Positions 21,121 through 31,990 of a DNA stretch of 32,088 nucleotides are shown in pieces; positions within the stretch are counted from its first letter, which is position 1, and each line of letters begins with the position of its first letter. The DNA is from Thraustochytrium aureum (Eukaryota): assembly GCA_012862495.1 (NCBI GenBank), contig BLSG01000211.1, forward strand, positions 1-32,088, given 5' to 3'. The translations under genes were made by a program, and so were the position numbers. The notes beneath the pieces are model-generated. The model had not been told where the DNA came from, made no database searches, and saw only the letters and a list, made by a program, of their open reading frames with translations.

Positions 21121-21642
21121 AAGGACGATTTTCTGAGCGAGTCTGCAGAGCACATCGTGCGCGAGCTGCACAAGCGCGGCCTCGCGCACGCGGACGCGGT
21201 CATTTCGGGCTTGCCGTGGGCCATCTTCCCGTCTTCGCTGCAAGAGTCGATCCTGGACCAGGTCTACGCGTCGTTGCGCCCTGGGGGGCGCTTTTGCACG
21301 TTTGCCTACCTGCAAGGCCTCGTGCTGCCCGCGGGCCAGAACTTTAAGGCGTTGCTCGACCGCAAGTTTCACCGCAAGGTCGAGCGCTCGCACATCGTGT
21401 GGAAAAACCTTCCGCCTGCTTTTGTTTACGCTGCGAAAAGGCTGCGGAGGCGCGGTAGGCGAGATGCCAAACCACAGCAGGGCCGCACGCCACGGAGAGA
21501 GCGCAGGGCCCGTCAAGGGGCGCCGGGCACGTTTGTCGCGTACGCGGCTGCCGCCGCAAAGTGGGTCCTGCCTGAAAATATACGTGCCTATGTCAGTACA
21601 GCGCAAGTAGCATTCACCCAAAGCCAAAAAGCAAGTCCATAG
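21121..21642 (+). CDS. C-terminal half of a bacterial-type phospholipid N-methyltransferase (PmtA, class I SAM fold); 5' end in the gap
   Basis: DAVISGLPW, ILDQVYASLRPGGRFCTFAY and VWKNLPPAFVY are characteristic of Agrobacterium/Sinorhizobium-type PmtA proteins. Confidence 0.82.
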   Translation, partial: KDDFLSESAEHIVRELHKRGLAHADAVISGLPWAIFPSSLQESILDQVYASLRPGGRFCTFAYLQGLVLPAGQNFKALLDRKFHRKVERSHIVWKNLPPAFVYAAKRLRRRGRRDAKPQQGRTPRRERRARQGAPGTFVAYAAAAAKWVLPENIRAYVSTAQVAFTQSQKASP

Positions 21643-22634
21643 CAACCAAGTAAGCGTGCATGTGGGGCCGCTCCAATCGAGGCGGCGCTTCGCGGCGCGG
21701 GCGTGCAGCGCTGGCGTCACAATGTTGTGCGCGGGCAGGGGCCGAGATAGACCGGCGCCCTGGCGCCCCGCCCACGCATTCCTTTGTTTTCATTTTTCCA
21801 TTGTGCTCCTTCCGAGATCCTGGTCTTGCCACCGACCAGTCCTCGCGCACTGCGCGAGGCCAGCGTTCCATTCTTCCGGGCTCCCGCGCACTCGCCACGT
21901 CCAGCACCGCAAACGCGGGGCCCGCGCCATTGCACCCATCCGCCCCGTCCCTTTCTTGCGAAAGCCCGGCAGTCATTCTCGCAGCGGTCCGCAGCGAGCG
22001 CGTCGTCGGGCTCGCGACCGCGCTCGCGTGGGCGTGAGCTGCTCGCGCCAAGCCCGCGCAGCAGGAGGCATCAAACCAGGCCAAGCGAACCAACAAGCAA
22101 GCCAATCCAGGCGGCCGCCAAAGGACGCAAGAGCAAGCCCCGCAGAACACTTACGCAGAGCCCGCGTCCGCGTCGGCCATCGCCGTACCGCCCAGGACCG
22201 CGTTCATCCATTGGCTCGTATTCGCTCGCGTCAAGACCTCCTCGAACGCTGCGGGTTGCTCTGGCTAGCTGGAGTTCATCTTCGCGCCGCTGGCTGGCCG
22301 GCCAGCGTTTTGTGCTGATCCCCGCGTGAGCGAGCGAGATAAAACTGCCCAATCCATCAACCCATCAATCGCTCGCTCACCAGCATCGACCGAGCCTCAG
22401 CCATTCATGCGCCGCATCGCCGCCGGCGCATCGGGATCGACCGCGACAGTTGACGAGGAAGCGGCCCGCGCGCCGCCGGTGGCGTGCAGGGCGTGGCTCC
22501 TGCCGGGGAAGAGCCCTAGAAACGCCCCGTGGTGGCAGTCGGCAGCGAGACTGGCGCGACGCTGTGCCGCGAGCGGAGTACCGAGTGGTGGCATTGGCGC
22601 TCGGACTCGCGGCAGTCTGGTTGGCCATCCCTAA

Positions 22635-22681
22635 AATCGATTATTCAATAGTCCTTGTAATCGATTATTGAAAAGTCCCTT
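22635..22681. repeat. AT-rich direct repeat (about 22-nt motif, 2 copies) running into a gap
   Basis: aatcgattattcaatagtcct and aatcgattattgaaaagtccct, with an abrupt drop in GC relative to the flanks. Confidence 0.6.
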
Positions 22682-24272
22682 NNNNNNNNNNNNNNNNNNN
22701 NNNNNNNNNNNNNNNNNNNNNNNNNNNNNNNNNNNNNNNNNNNNNNNNNNNNNNNNNNNNNNNNNNNNNNNNNNNNNNNNNNNNNNNNNNNNNNNNNNNN
22801 NNNNNNNNNNNNNNNNNNNNNNNNNNNNNNNNNNNNNNNNNNNNNNNNNNNNNNNNNNNNNCCGGATCCGGTGTTTCCGTTGGATTGTCCCTGAATCCGT
22901 TGGTTGGTCGCGTGTTGAACGGGCTGGCGACGGTGGAACACGTCTCCGGCGGGGCCCCGGGAGACGCGCGAGTGCCGCGTTTCGGGTGCCGGTGGTGGCA
23001 GTCGGGCCGGTGGTCGTTGATGCGTTTCCTCTGCGAAGGCAAGCGGCCGCGGAGGTCCGACTCGGCGGCCGTGGCGCTTGATGCTGCTGTGCAAGCATGG
23101 AGAAGTGGATGCCCGACCTCCTGAGCGCTCGGGCGATGCGGCGGTTGGGTTGCTTTGCCGGCTGCTTGCTTTCGCGGGGTCGATCGACTGCCCTTTGGTC
23201 TAGCGGAGCGTTTCTCTTTTTCCTCTTTTTCGTATTATTAGTCGGAATAGGTGAAAAAGAGGATGAAGGTGAACAACGTCTCGCTTTGCACGAAGCGCTC
23301 GAGCAGCAGACCGCGAACCAGGAAAACGTATCGCAAGCAACCCGTGCAAGACACAAGCGAGAAGCGCGGCACAAGGACAACATCCGCGCCCACGCCGGCC
23401 ACGACAACAAAAGCAGCCACGAGCTCTCGCACCGCCAGGACAATTCCGGCACCACTGGCAACCAGTGACAACAAACCCGCAACGCGGAAGACATAGCGCA
23501 ACTTTTCCCTGGTCCGAAATGCCGCCCAACGCACGCGAGACGCTGGCAGAGACCGACTTGCTGCAGCGCATCCAAATGATTGCTTCTGACGCAAAGCGCC
23601 GCAACCCGAGCGGGTTCCGGCAGCCGACCTTGCAAAACCTCCATGAGGCAGCAGAGGCGCTTCCCTTGAAAGAGAGCGCGACGTACGTCAACCCTGCGAG
23701 CGGACAGCAGTTTTTGCTGACCTCAACTGCAGTCAACGTGCCGGCCTCGTTTCGCTTTATCTGAGCCGCCAACGCGCGGGCCGCGCTTGAACCGCGGTCA
23801 CGCCCCCACCTGATGCCTAAGGGTTGTGCCTGGCGAAGGGCGGCGCTCGTTTTGAAGCAGGGCGGTCGCCATTCCTACGCGCAGACGTTGAGATCATCGA
23901 CATGGTGCCTGAGCCACAAGGTCGGTCGCGCTTTGCAAGGCGACTGCCTTCCGTTTGCAAGGCGCTCTTTGCGAGGTCAGCAACGCCAAGTAGTTGCTCG
24001 CGCATCAACTATTGTACTCTCTCTTTTCTACCCTTTCTCATCCGCTTGCCTGCAGCTCAACTTAGGAATAGAGCTAGCTACTAGTAGTAGAGAGACGGCA
24101 TTCGATTTAGATACGATTGTCTGCGGTGCAGGCTCCCCAAGCGCACCCACAGATACTGATACAGATTATCTTTTAATTAAACCGCCGCCCGGGGCTGTAC
24201 GCCACGAGCTCCAGCAAAGCAGCGCTAGACCTCCGCGGCATCATTGTCACGCTTCGTCGAAGCCGCGTCCGC

Positions 24273-27200
24273 CTACAGCAAGGCTCGACCGTCGACACTG
24301 GTTTGTCCACTCGCTTGCGGGTACGACCTGCGCGGCACGAGCTCCAGTAAGCAGGCCTGATGCGAGCCGTCGAAAAGGAATGCGACCGATCCATCTGCAG
24401 CCATGACACTCGATTCGACACTCGAGTCACAAGAGAACCCCGCCACAAGTGCGTCGCTCACGGCGAGGCCGGAAACGGTGCTCCCAGCAACCTTGAGCGC
24501 CGGCTCGCCAGGAAACTCGCAGTTCCCGTCGATATCCTCGGCACGGAAACCCTCCGCTCGCTCGCCGGATCCAACCCACCATGCCAGAACGTGGCCAGCC
24601 GTGTCTCGCGATACCAGCAACTGGTCTTCGCACTGAAGAGAAACGTAAGCGACAGCGCGTGTGTGGCCCTCGAGACAGCGAACTTGCTGCCCGGTGCTGC
24701 CGTCCCAAACGCGCACGGTATTGTCCCAGCCGCCTGAAACAACTCGCTTGCCATCGCACGACAACGTCACGGCGGACACCCAGGCTGTGTGGCCTCTCAT
24801 GCAGCAGAGTTCCGCGCCCGTCTTCGCGTCCCAAACTCGCACCGTTTTATCCAAGCTCCCCGAAGCGAGTCTCCGACCGTCGCGCGAACGGGCCACGGCC
24901 CAAACGCTCTGCGTGTGTCCCTCGGGCCGGCGCATCTCCTGGCGACCGTGGGCGTCCCACACTCGCACGGTCTTGTCCCCGCTTCCTGACACGATACGAC
25001 GGCCGTCGCTCGAAAGGACAACGGCGGACACCCACGCAGCATGGCCTTCGAGACAACAGACCTCCCTGCCCGTATCGGCGGCCCAGACTCGCACAGTTTT
25101 ATCCAAGCTCCCTGATACGATTCTTTGGCCGTCACGCGAGATGGCCACGGCCCACACGTTTTCTGTGTGCCCTGCAAGGCAAAGCAGCTCCTGGGCAGTC
25201 TTGGCATCCCACAATCGTACAGTCTTGTCGCCGCTTCCCGAAACGATCTGCTGGCCGTCAGAAGAAAAGGCCACAGCAGACACCCACGCAGTGTGGTTCT
25301 TGAGGCAGTAGAGCTCCTGGCCCGTGTGGGCGTCCCAAACTCGTACGGTCCTGTCCAAGCTGCCAGATGCGATTCGCGTGCCGTCGCAAGACATGGCCAC
25401 TGTCCACACGTTATCCGCGTGGCCTTCGAGGCGATGCAGCTGCTGGCCAGTGTTTGCGTCCCAGACGCGCACCGTCCTGTCCAAGCTGCCCGAAACGACG
25501 CGCTCACCGTCTTGCGAAAGGGCCACAGCATTCACTGCCAGGCAGTGTCCTTCCAGGCGCCACACCTCGCGGCCGGAGTGAGCGTCCCATACCCGGACGG
25601 TTTTGTCTTGGCTGCTGGACACGATTCGCTGGCCGTTACTGGACAGCGCCACGGCGCTCACCCTGGCCGTGTGCCCCTCCAGGCGGCGCAACTCTTGACC
25701 GGTATTCGCATCCCAGACGCGCACCGTTTTGTCGTCGCTGCCAGACACAATGCGCTGGCCGTCGCTGGAAAGTGCCACAGCGTTCACCTCCCGCGCGTGC
25801 CCCTCAAGGACCTTGCGCAGAGGGTCGCTTGCGGGAGTCAAGGTCGCCCGTACGGGGCGCAGCCAGCCGAATTCGGGGTGCTGAAAGGCGTGCGCTTGCT
25901 CGGCGAGCGGGTGGTCCTCGGGAAGGCGGCCGATGAGCTGGCCGGGCAGCTCGCGCCAGTCGCGGTCGACCGCATTCAGGCTTTTCNCGAGGGCGCGCAC
26001 GGCGAGCTTGGCGTCGTCATGGAGCCCGTCGGCATTCTTGACGTCTTGCACAAGCTGCGCGGTGGCGCCGCCCTTGGCGATCATCAGGAGTACGCCAAGG
26101 TCAAGCACGTTGGCGGCCGCAGCCTCCCCTTGGCCGCTTTTCACGAGGTGGAACACCAGGTTGCGAGCGGTGAAAGGGGATTCCCTGTTTGGCCCAGCTT
26201 CGAGCGCCTGCGCAAGCCGCGCGTGACTCTGCTTCGCGTCTACCCCAGTGGCTCGCTCTGCTCAGCCTTGCCAGCTCCCTTGTCGTTCAAAAGAAATTCT
26301 CCCATCGACTTGTGGACAAAGGAGACGGCGTTCTCGCGCACGTCGAGCAAAACGCTTGCCTTGCGCAAAAGGGCCTTCAGCTCGGTCATTTCCACAACGC
26401 CGAGCAGCTCGCCTGCCACGGTGAGCGGGAGCGGCTCGCGAGCAACGGCCATGCCGCCGAGCAGGGCGCGATGCATTTCGAGATCGCCCGCGAGCGGGCC
26501 TTTCAAGAAACGCGAAAAGTTGCTGCGGTACGTTTCATGGAGGCAGTCCGGGAAGGTGTCGAGGTCATGCTGCAACTCTGTCAGGGTCACGGTTCTGGCT
26601 TCGTGCTCTGCGAGCCGCTCGACGATGCAACGCGCGTACAAGAACGAACCGTTGGCGTGGTCTTCCAAAAGACGCGTTGCTCGCGTCAGATCTCGTTCAC
26701 GGTTCTGCAGGCTGCGCATAACGTTGGCGCGCAGGTATTGCCTGACGTCCTCAGCGTTGCCCGCGTCGTCGATCCGGAAGACGCGCGGCTGGAACTTGTC
26801 AAGCGCATCTCGAATCGTGTCGTCCGGCCGCGACGAGACCAAGAGGCTCAGCCACCTCGGGGCGTGTTCGGCCCACTCGTTCTCGATGATCTGGACCATC
26901 GCGGTTTTGTCGAGAGTGTCGACCTCGTCGAGTGCATCCAAAACAACAACGACGCTCTGCTCTGGAGCACGGACAGCGTTGCAGGGCCCAGCGATGATTG
27001 CTCGGAAAAGGCCGCACAAGTCGGTGGTGGCGTCAAGCGCGCTCTGCTCAAGTTGACGAAGCTCCTCCTCGAGGCCCGGAATGACGCTGGCGAGCTGATT
27101 GGCGAGGGAGTAGAGGCAGGTTCGCGCGCTGGCCGCGCTCGCGTCGTCGAACTTGAAAAAGTGCGCCGCGCCGACCACGAACGATCCGGAATTGGCAGCC

Positions 27201-28006
27201 TCCCGTCGACTCTGGCCAAGACCGTCTCGATTCAAACCATGCTTTTCGATGGCCCTGGGCTTGCTGAGCAGGCCGCCATCGTGGCAGATTTTGGCCAGTA
27301 AAACGGACTTGCCAAACCCGAGCGGACCAATCAGCACCAGCACGTGGTGCTCTTTAATGTCGTCGACGAGCCCATTTTTGTGCCAGCGACGCACGTCTTC
27401 AAGGGTCGACTGCCGCGTCCCCTCTGCGTAGGCAAGATACTTGAGCTGCGCCGTGAGAAGCGGGTTGAAGCAAGTCGGAAGCGCGAAGATCCCAATTTGC
27501 TGCGTCGGGAGCACCTCATTTGGCGCTGCACGATGGCGCTTTATTTCGGACCTGGCCTTGCCCTCGATCACCTCGGCCAGACTTTCCATGGATGCATCAA
27601 AGCCATCCACGCTAAGCTTTTGAAATAGTGGTTCCTGTTCCAGAAAGGCTTCGACGTTGCCATTCCAGGGGCGGGGGCCGGTCTTGCGTAGAGCGTCCGC
27701 GGGTACAAGGGGCACAATCCAACCAGCTTTGTCCTTGGCGGCGTGCTCAACCTCGCGCTTGCAATATGCGCTGTCTCCTCCATCGTTGAATTTGCGAGTG
27801 TACTCGTTCGCCAGGAGCGCAATAACAGTGTCCGCGCCGTCCTGCGCGATGAACTGCTCGGCCGCCCCGCTGCCCGAGCGTCCAAGCCGCCCGGTCCAGC
27901 CCTTCGCCCTCGCCATCCATCCCACTAATGCCTCGACAACCTCCGTGGCCGCCTGCCCGTGCACGACTGACTCAACATCGTACAAAACCACGACAGTGAG
28001 CGCCAT
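24273..28006 (-). CDS. NLR-like STAND protein: TIR-like domain, NACHT-type NTPase, helical domain and WD40 repeats; one frameshift at 26243-26246
   Basis: ATG 28006. TIR-like VVVLYD...VIALLANEY...SAYCKREVEHA...IVPLV. Walker A GPLGFGKS (27305-27328), Walker B VVVVLDALDE (26924-26953), VSSRPD, GSFLYA, FVHKS. Adding one base to CCCC joins PLG-VDAKQSHARLA...NLVFHL into the WD40 ORF. Confidence 0.9.
24549..25808 (-). repeat. Coding tandem array of 126-nt (42-aa) WD40 repeats: 9 canonical plus 1 degenerate
   Basis: Consensus LEGHxxxVxAVAxSxDGxRIVSGSxDKTVRVWDAxTGxE, with exact 126-nt spacing from 25808 to 24674. Confidence 0.93.
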
Positions 28007-28010
28007 TTTC

Positions 28011-28033
28011 CCTTCCGACGCAGCGTCGGAAGG
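28011..28033. promoter_or_regulatory. Perfect 11-bp inverted repeat 4 nt upstream of the TIR-NACHT-WD40 start codon
   Basis: CCTTCCGACGC-A-GCGTCGGAAGG. The palindrome is certain; a regulatory role is inference. Confidence 0.35.
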
Positions 28034-30243
28034 ATGCAGCGCGCTTGACACTTTTGCCGCTGCCGTTCCTTGGCGCCAATTACGTCGTTCCCGGAGGCGT
28101 ATCTGTCGGATGCGTTTGGGGTCTGCCCATGATTCTTCCCTGGCTCGTTGGCGGTCGGTCGCACTCGCGGAATCTTGCCAGCTGCTCAACCCAACTTCGT
28201 TGCCTCGTTGAGAGTCCCACGCCCACGTCACAGGCGAGTACCTGTGACGAGGAACGTGGAAGCATGACGCGCTTCCCAAAGTTCGAGGTGAAATGGAAAC
28301 GAATCTCGCTGCGAGTGTCAAGCAAATTGCACGGAAAGGTTTCTGACGGGGACCGTCTCGCGACTTGCAAGGAGGACTGATGGTGAGATTCGTTCTGGGG
28401 GCTCGAAGAATTCGAGCATGCGAAACGCCAGCGCTGTCGTGGCTCGAGTGGGCATATTGTGCAGGAGTAGAGCGGCCTGTCGGCGCTGTGATGCGCCCGG
28501 GGTTGTCTCTAGAGATGGGAGGTTGGCAACTGTGCGACTCGGAGGAGTTGGCTTGCGCTAGGGACCTGCTGGAGGCTATCATGAGGTCATGGGGCGCATG
28601 GCTGGTGGTTGGTAAGGAGTAGGTGCAGAGGTCGTCCTCGCCAGTCTGCTCTGCTGCGCCCACTGAAAATGCGTTTGCCGGCCTGCTTGGGCTCGCAGAC
28701 CCTCCGCCATCACAAAAAAGAGAGTATTCCACACATCGGCAGCCGGACAGGCCCAAACAGGCCAACAAAGCACAAGCTTTTTTTTCTTTCTAAAGTTGTC
28801 GAGTACATTATCGATCTCTCTACCAACTGCCCATCATGGTCATTGTGCGACGCGCGGATTCGAGGGGCTCAATTTCGAGCATCGCCTCGCGCATGCCCCC
28901 CTGGCGAGCAAGACCAACGACAAACCGTCAAAAGGTTAGTCAAGCACTTGGCAGAGCTCATGTGCGCGGTTGGCCGTAAATTCGGACGGCATTTGAGGGA
29001 CATCGCAGCCCGGGCTTTGTTTGTGCTGCGTCTGTTCTTTCTCCTCGCCAGAGTGGAAAGATTCTCTCGAGAGGTCCATCGCATCCGCGGCATCGCGTCT
29101 GAGGCAGGGGCGCGCGCTGTCCTTGCTGTCATCCAAGCCGCGGCAACCTTCATAGCAGGCTTGCGGAGGGCCGCCCCCATCAACGACCGTTTGGTTTGGA
29201 CTCGCGTCGGACTCGATTGCAAAACCACAACGTCTTCGACAACGCTACACCCTGATGATGGTCGGAGCCTCGTTCGGCGCTTGGCCGGCTTTTGGGGCGC
29301 TGTCTTGTGCGTTGTTCTTTCAGGAGCAGGTGGAAGTGATCCGTTTGCCCTCCTCGATTCTACTCGTCCTTGTTCCCTCCACCCACACGCTCCTCCCCGT
29401 CGGGCCTCACCTCCCTGCACGCGATCGAGGACTTTCGAGTTGCTCTACTTACTCTGGTAGCACGCCTCGAAGGCTTGGTCGCGGCCGCAGCATCTCGCAG
29501 TCGCGACCGTTGCCAAGCGAGGTTGCTGCGATGCCCATGGGCAGAGCGCGTGATCCCTGCGGCGAAGCGTTTCGGTTTCCAGCTCTTTGCGCGGGCCAGC
29601 CACGGGCGACGGCGAGCGCGTAGCGACTCGGCTTGACCGCAGCAAGATTGGTTGAGGTCGAGCCACTTGGCTGAGCCTCGGTTGGCGACTGCACGTATCC
29701 GTTGGGCGGTTCGCGGCACGACGGTGGGTGCGTGACCTCGCCGCTCGGGCAATAGCGATNNNNNNNNNNNNNNNNNNNNNNNNNNNNNNNNNNNNNNNNN
29801 NNNNNNNNNNNNNNNNNNNNNNNNNNNNNNNNNNNNNNNNNNNNNNNNNNNNNNNNNNNNNNNNNNNNNNNNNNNNNNNNNNNNNNNNNNNNNNNNNNNN
29901 NNNNNNNNNNNNNNNNNNNNNNNNNNNNNNNNNNNNNNNNNNNNNNNNNNNNNNNNNNNNNNNNNNNNNNNNNNNNNNNNNNNNNNNNNNNNNNNNNNNN
30001 NNNNNNNNNNNNNNNNNNNNNNNNNNNNNNNNNNNNNNNNNNNNNNNNNNNNNNNNNNAGAGCTCGTGAGTTATGGCACAGTTTACTTGTTTTTAACTTG
30101 CTGGGCACGATCGTGCGAACCGGACAGGGCGGCCTCCATTCAGAACTTGGGCGCGCAACGGATCCCACCAAAGCCTCGTTTGTTTTGTGAGTACTCTGGA
30201 GTGAGTAGCCTCGATGAAAAGCGAGCGCAGATACCTACCAATA

Positions 30244-31990
30244 ATGTCGTCTGTGCAGGGCGAAGGCGAGGACGGCAGTGCGGTCGCACGCGCGAGAGAA
30301 GGGGCGCCAATCGGCGATGAGTGCCTGTCCGAGCAGCGCGAAGAGTGCCCCGACAGCGATTCTCCCGCGCCTGCCAAGTCTATAGGAAAGGTGGCGTCCG
30401 AGTCTCTGCGGCTCGCGTTAGAGCTAATTGCGTACTCGTACATTGGCTTTATTTCCATCGCGGCCGTGTGCCTGCCGCTGCGGCTCTCAGGCGCGCACAC
30501 GTTCTGGGCTGTCGACTTGAGCAGCAAGACGAAAATCCGCGTTCCCGGGATCGACGACTTGCTCCAAAGCGGGCTGCACCTGACCTCGTTCGACATTCCC
30601 TGGTTCTCCTACCTCCCCGTCGTCTTTCTCGTCTACCTGAGAGCGCCGAAGCGGCAATATGCGGTAGTGCTGGGCGCCCTGCTCCCGTGCGCAATTTTGT
30701 TCAAGATCGCCCAGCAGCAAGCTGAGACATCAGCAATAACGCACGCGGCCCTGGCGATACTTCCCCTGGTCCAAGTGCCATTTTTGCTCCGGTACTGCCT
30801 CCTCGGCCCAAGGTCTCGGGTCTCGTGGTACGCAGCCAGCCAGGTTTTGGTTTGTTGTTTCCGGCGTCGTGCTCGCTGGTGGGCTTCGCGTGGTGCCGAA
30901 ACGAAGACAGCCCAAACGACATGGCACTTGTTCTGGCTCCAATTGTGCGCGAGCTCACCTACTTTATGGCGAGAAATTCGGCGATGAACCTTGCCATCCG
31001 CTTCGACCCAGCAACAACCCGTGCGGTTCAGCGGCACACCGCGATCTTCTTCTTCTTCTGGATCCAGCTGTTCTGGGCTCTGTTCATGCGCTTCTTCTTT
31101 GCGACCTTTCACGACGACGCGTTTCTTGCCGCTGTGTTGACTGGGCAAGCCGCTTTGGAGCTACTGATGCGAGTCACGCTGATTTGGCGACTGGAGGCTT
31201 CGAACCGGCTCTACATGAGGCTGTGGAAGAGTGTTTGCAGCTTCTCCGAAGAAAAGCTGCAAGCAAAAGTCGCAACCGTCATCACTCCGTTGGGCACTCG
31301 GGCTGTGCCGACAAGTGGACGCAGGCTGACGGATGTGGTTCCGGCCCGCGTGCTGTTCAAGTCGAATACATCGAGGCTTGTGCTGAGCACCGTCGAAGCC
31401 ATGGACTCGCGGCGCAGGTTCTATGCGACGTGGTTGCTCGGGGAGAAGCTTGCAGAGCTAGTCGCCATCTTGTCCGTGCCAGCCGTGGTCGCCTTGTTCA
31501 ACACGCGCAAGCTGCAACTGCCTCTGGACTATTTTGCGACAATGAGCAAGCCTTTCGACGAGCCGTCGCATGCGCAAATGAACTCCCTCTTCACGTCAAC
31601 CGGCATCCAGGTCGTGTTCGAAATTGCGGTTGACGTGGCCTGCTCCATCATTGAACGCCGCCGGAGCCTTGAGATGCTGCAGCTCTGGCACCAGCGGCCA
31701 AAGGGGTTTGTGTTTTTATTTCTCTTCGCGGTCTGGTACTCGAATTCGCTTGTCTTTGCCATGGTCCTCAGCGGCGAGAGCGTGCAAGCCTGCGCAGGCG
31801 CGGATAGCTGCTGTTGCGCCCACGGTAAGTTTTCGGTTTCGCTTCGGTCCTTGCTGGCTCCGAGCCTGCGCTAACCTGTTTGAGAGCAGGGAACGGTCTT
31901 GCTGCTGGCGGTTTGCGCGAGAAATACTGCAGTTTCGTCTACGGCCAGGACCTCGTCGACTTTGATGTCGCGAATTGCACGGCGAGCTAG
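30244..31990 (+). CDS. Multi-pass membrane protein of unknown function; frameshift at about 30844-30850, intron 31825-31889
   Basis: Two overlapping hydrophobic ORFs join with one added base near CAGGTTTTGG. Splicing the intron gives CCCAHGNGLAAGGLREKYCSFVYGQDLVDFDVANCTAS*, with TAG at 31988-31990. Confidence 0.68.
31825..31889 (+). other. Spliceosomal GT-AG intron, 65 nt
   Basis: Donor GTAAGT at 31825, branch point GCTAAC at 31870-31875, acceptor CAG ending at 31889; splicing restores an open frame. Confidence 0.85.

Noticed and set aside
22629..22636. CCCTAAA as a telomeric repeat
   Set aside because: Only a single unit.
23211..23764. Polypyrimidine tract plus AG followed by short ORFs (possible small gene)
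   Set aside because: The frames do not join into a recognisable protein.
24549..25808. Regularly spaced repeats as a CRISPR-like array
   Set aside because: They are in-frame 126-nt coding WD40 repeats in a eukaryotic gene.
1041..27431. Long antisense ORFs overlapping the MAPK, START, Cho2 and WD40/NACHT genes
   Set aside because: Shadow ORFs produced by the high GC3 of the real genes.
28007..28768. 254-aa N-terminal extension of the NACHT ORF in the track
   Set aside because: It begins at a non-ATG codon and lacks protein-like motifs. The paralog at 1-131 starts just before its TIR domain, which supports ATG 28006.
28609..29752. Overlapping ORFs on both strands
   Set aside because: No recognisable motifs or convincing codon bias.
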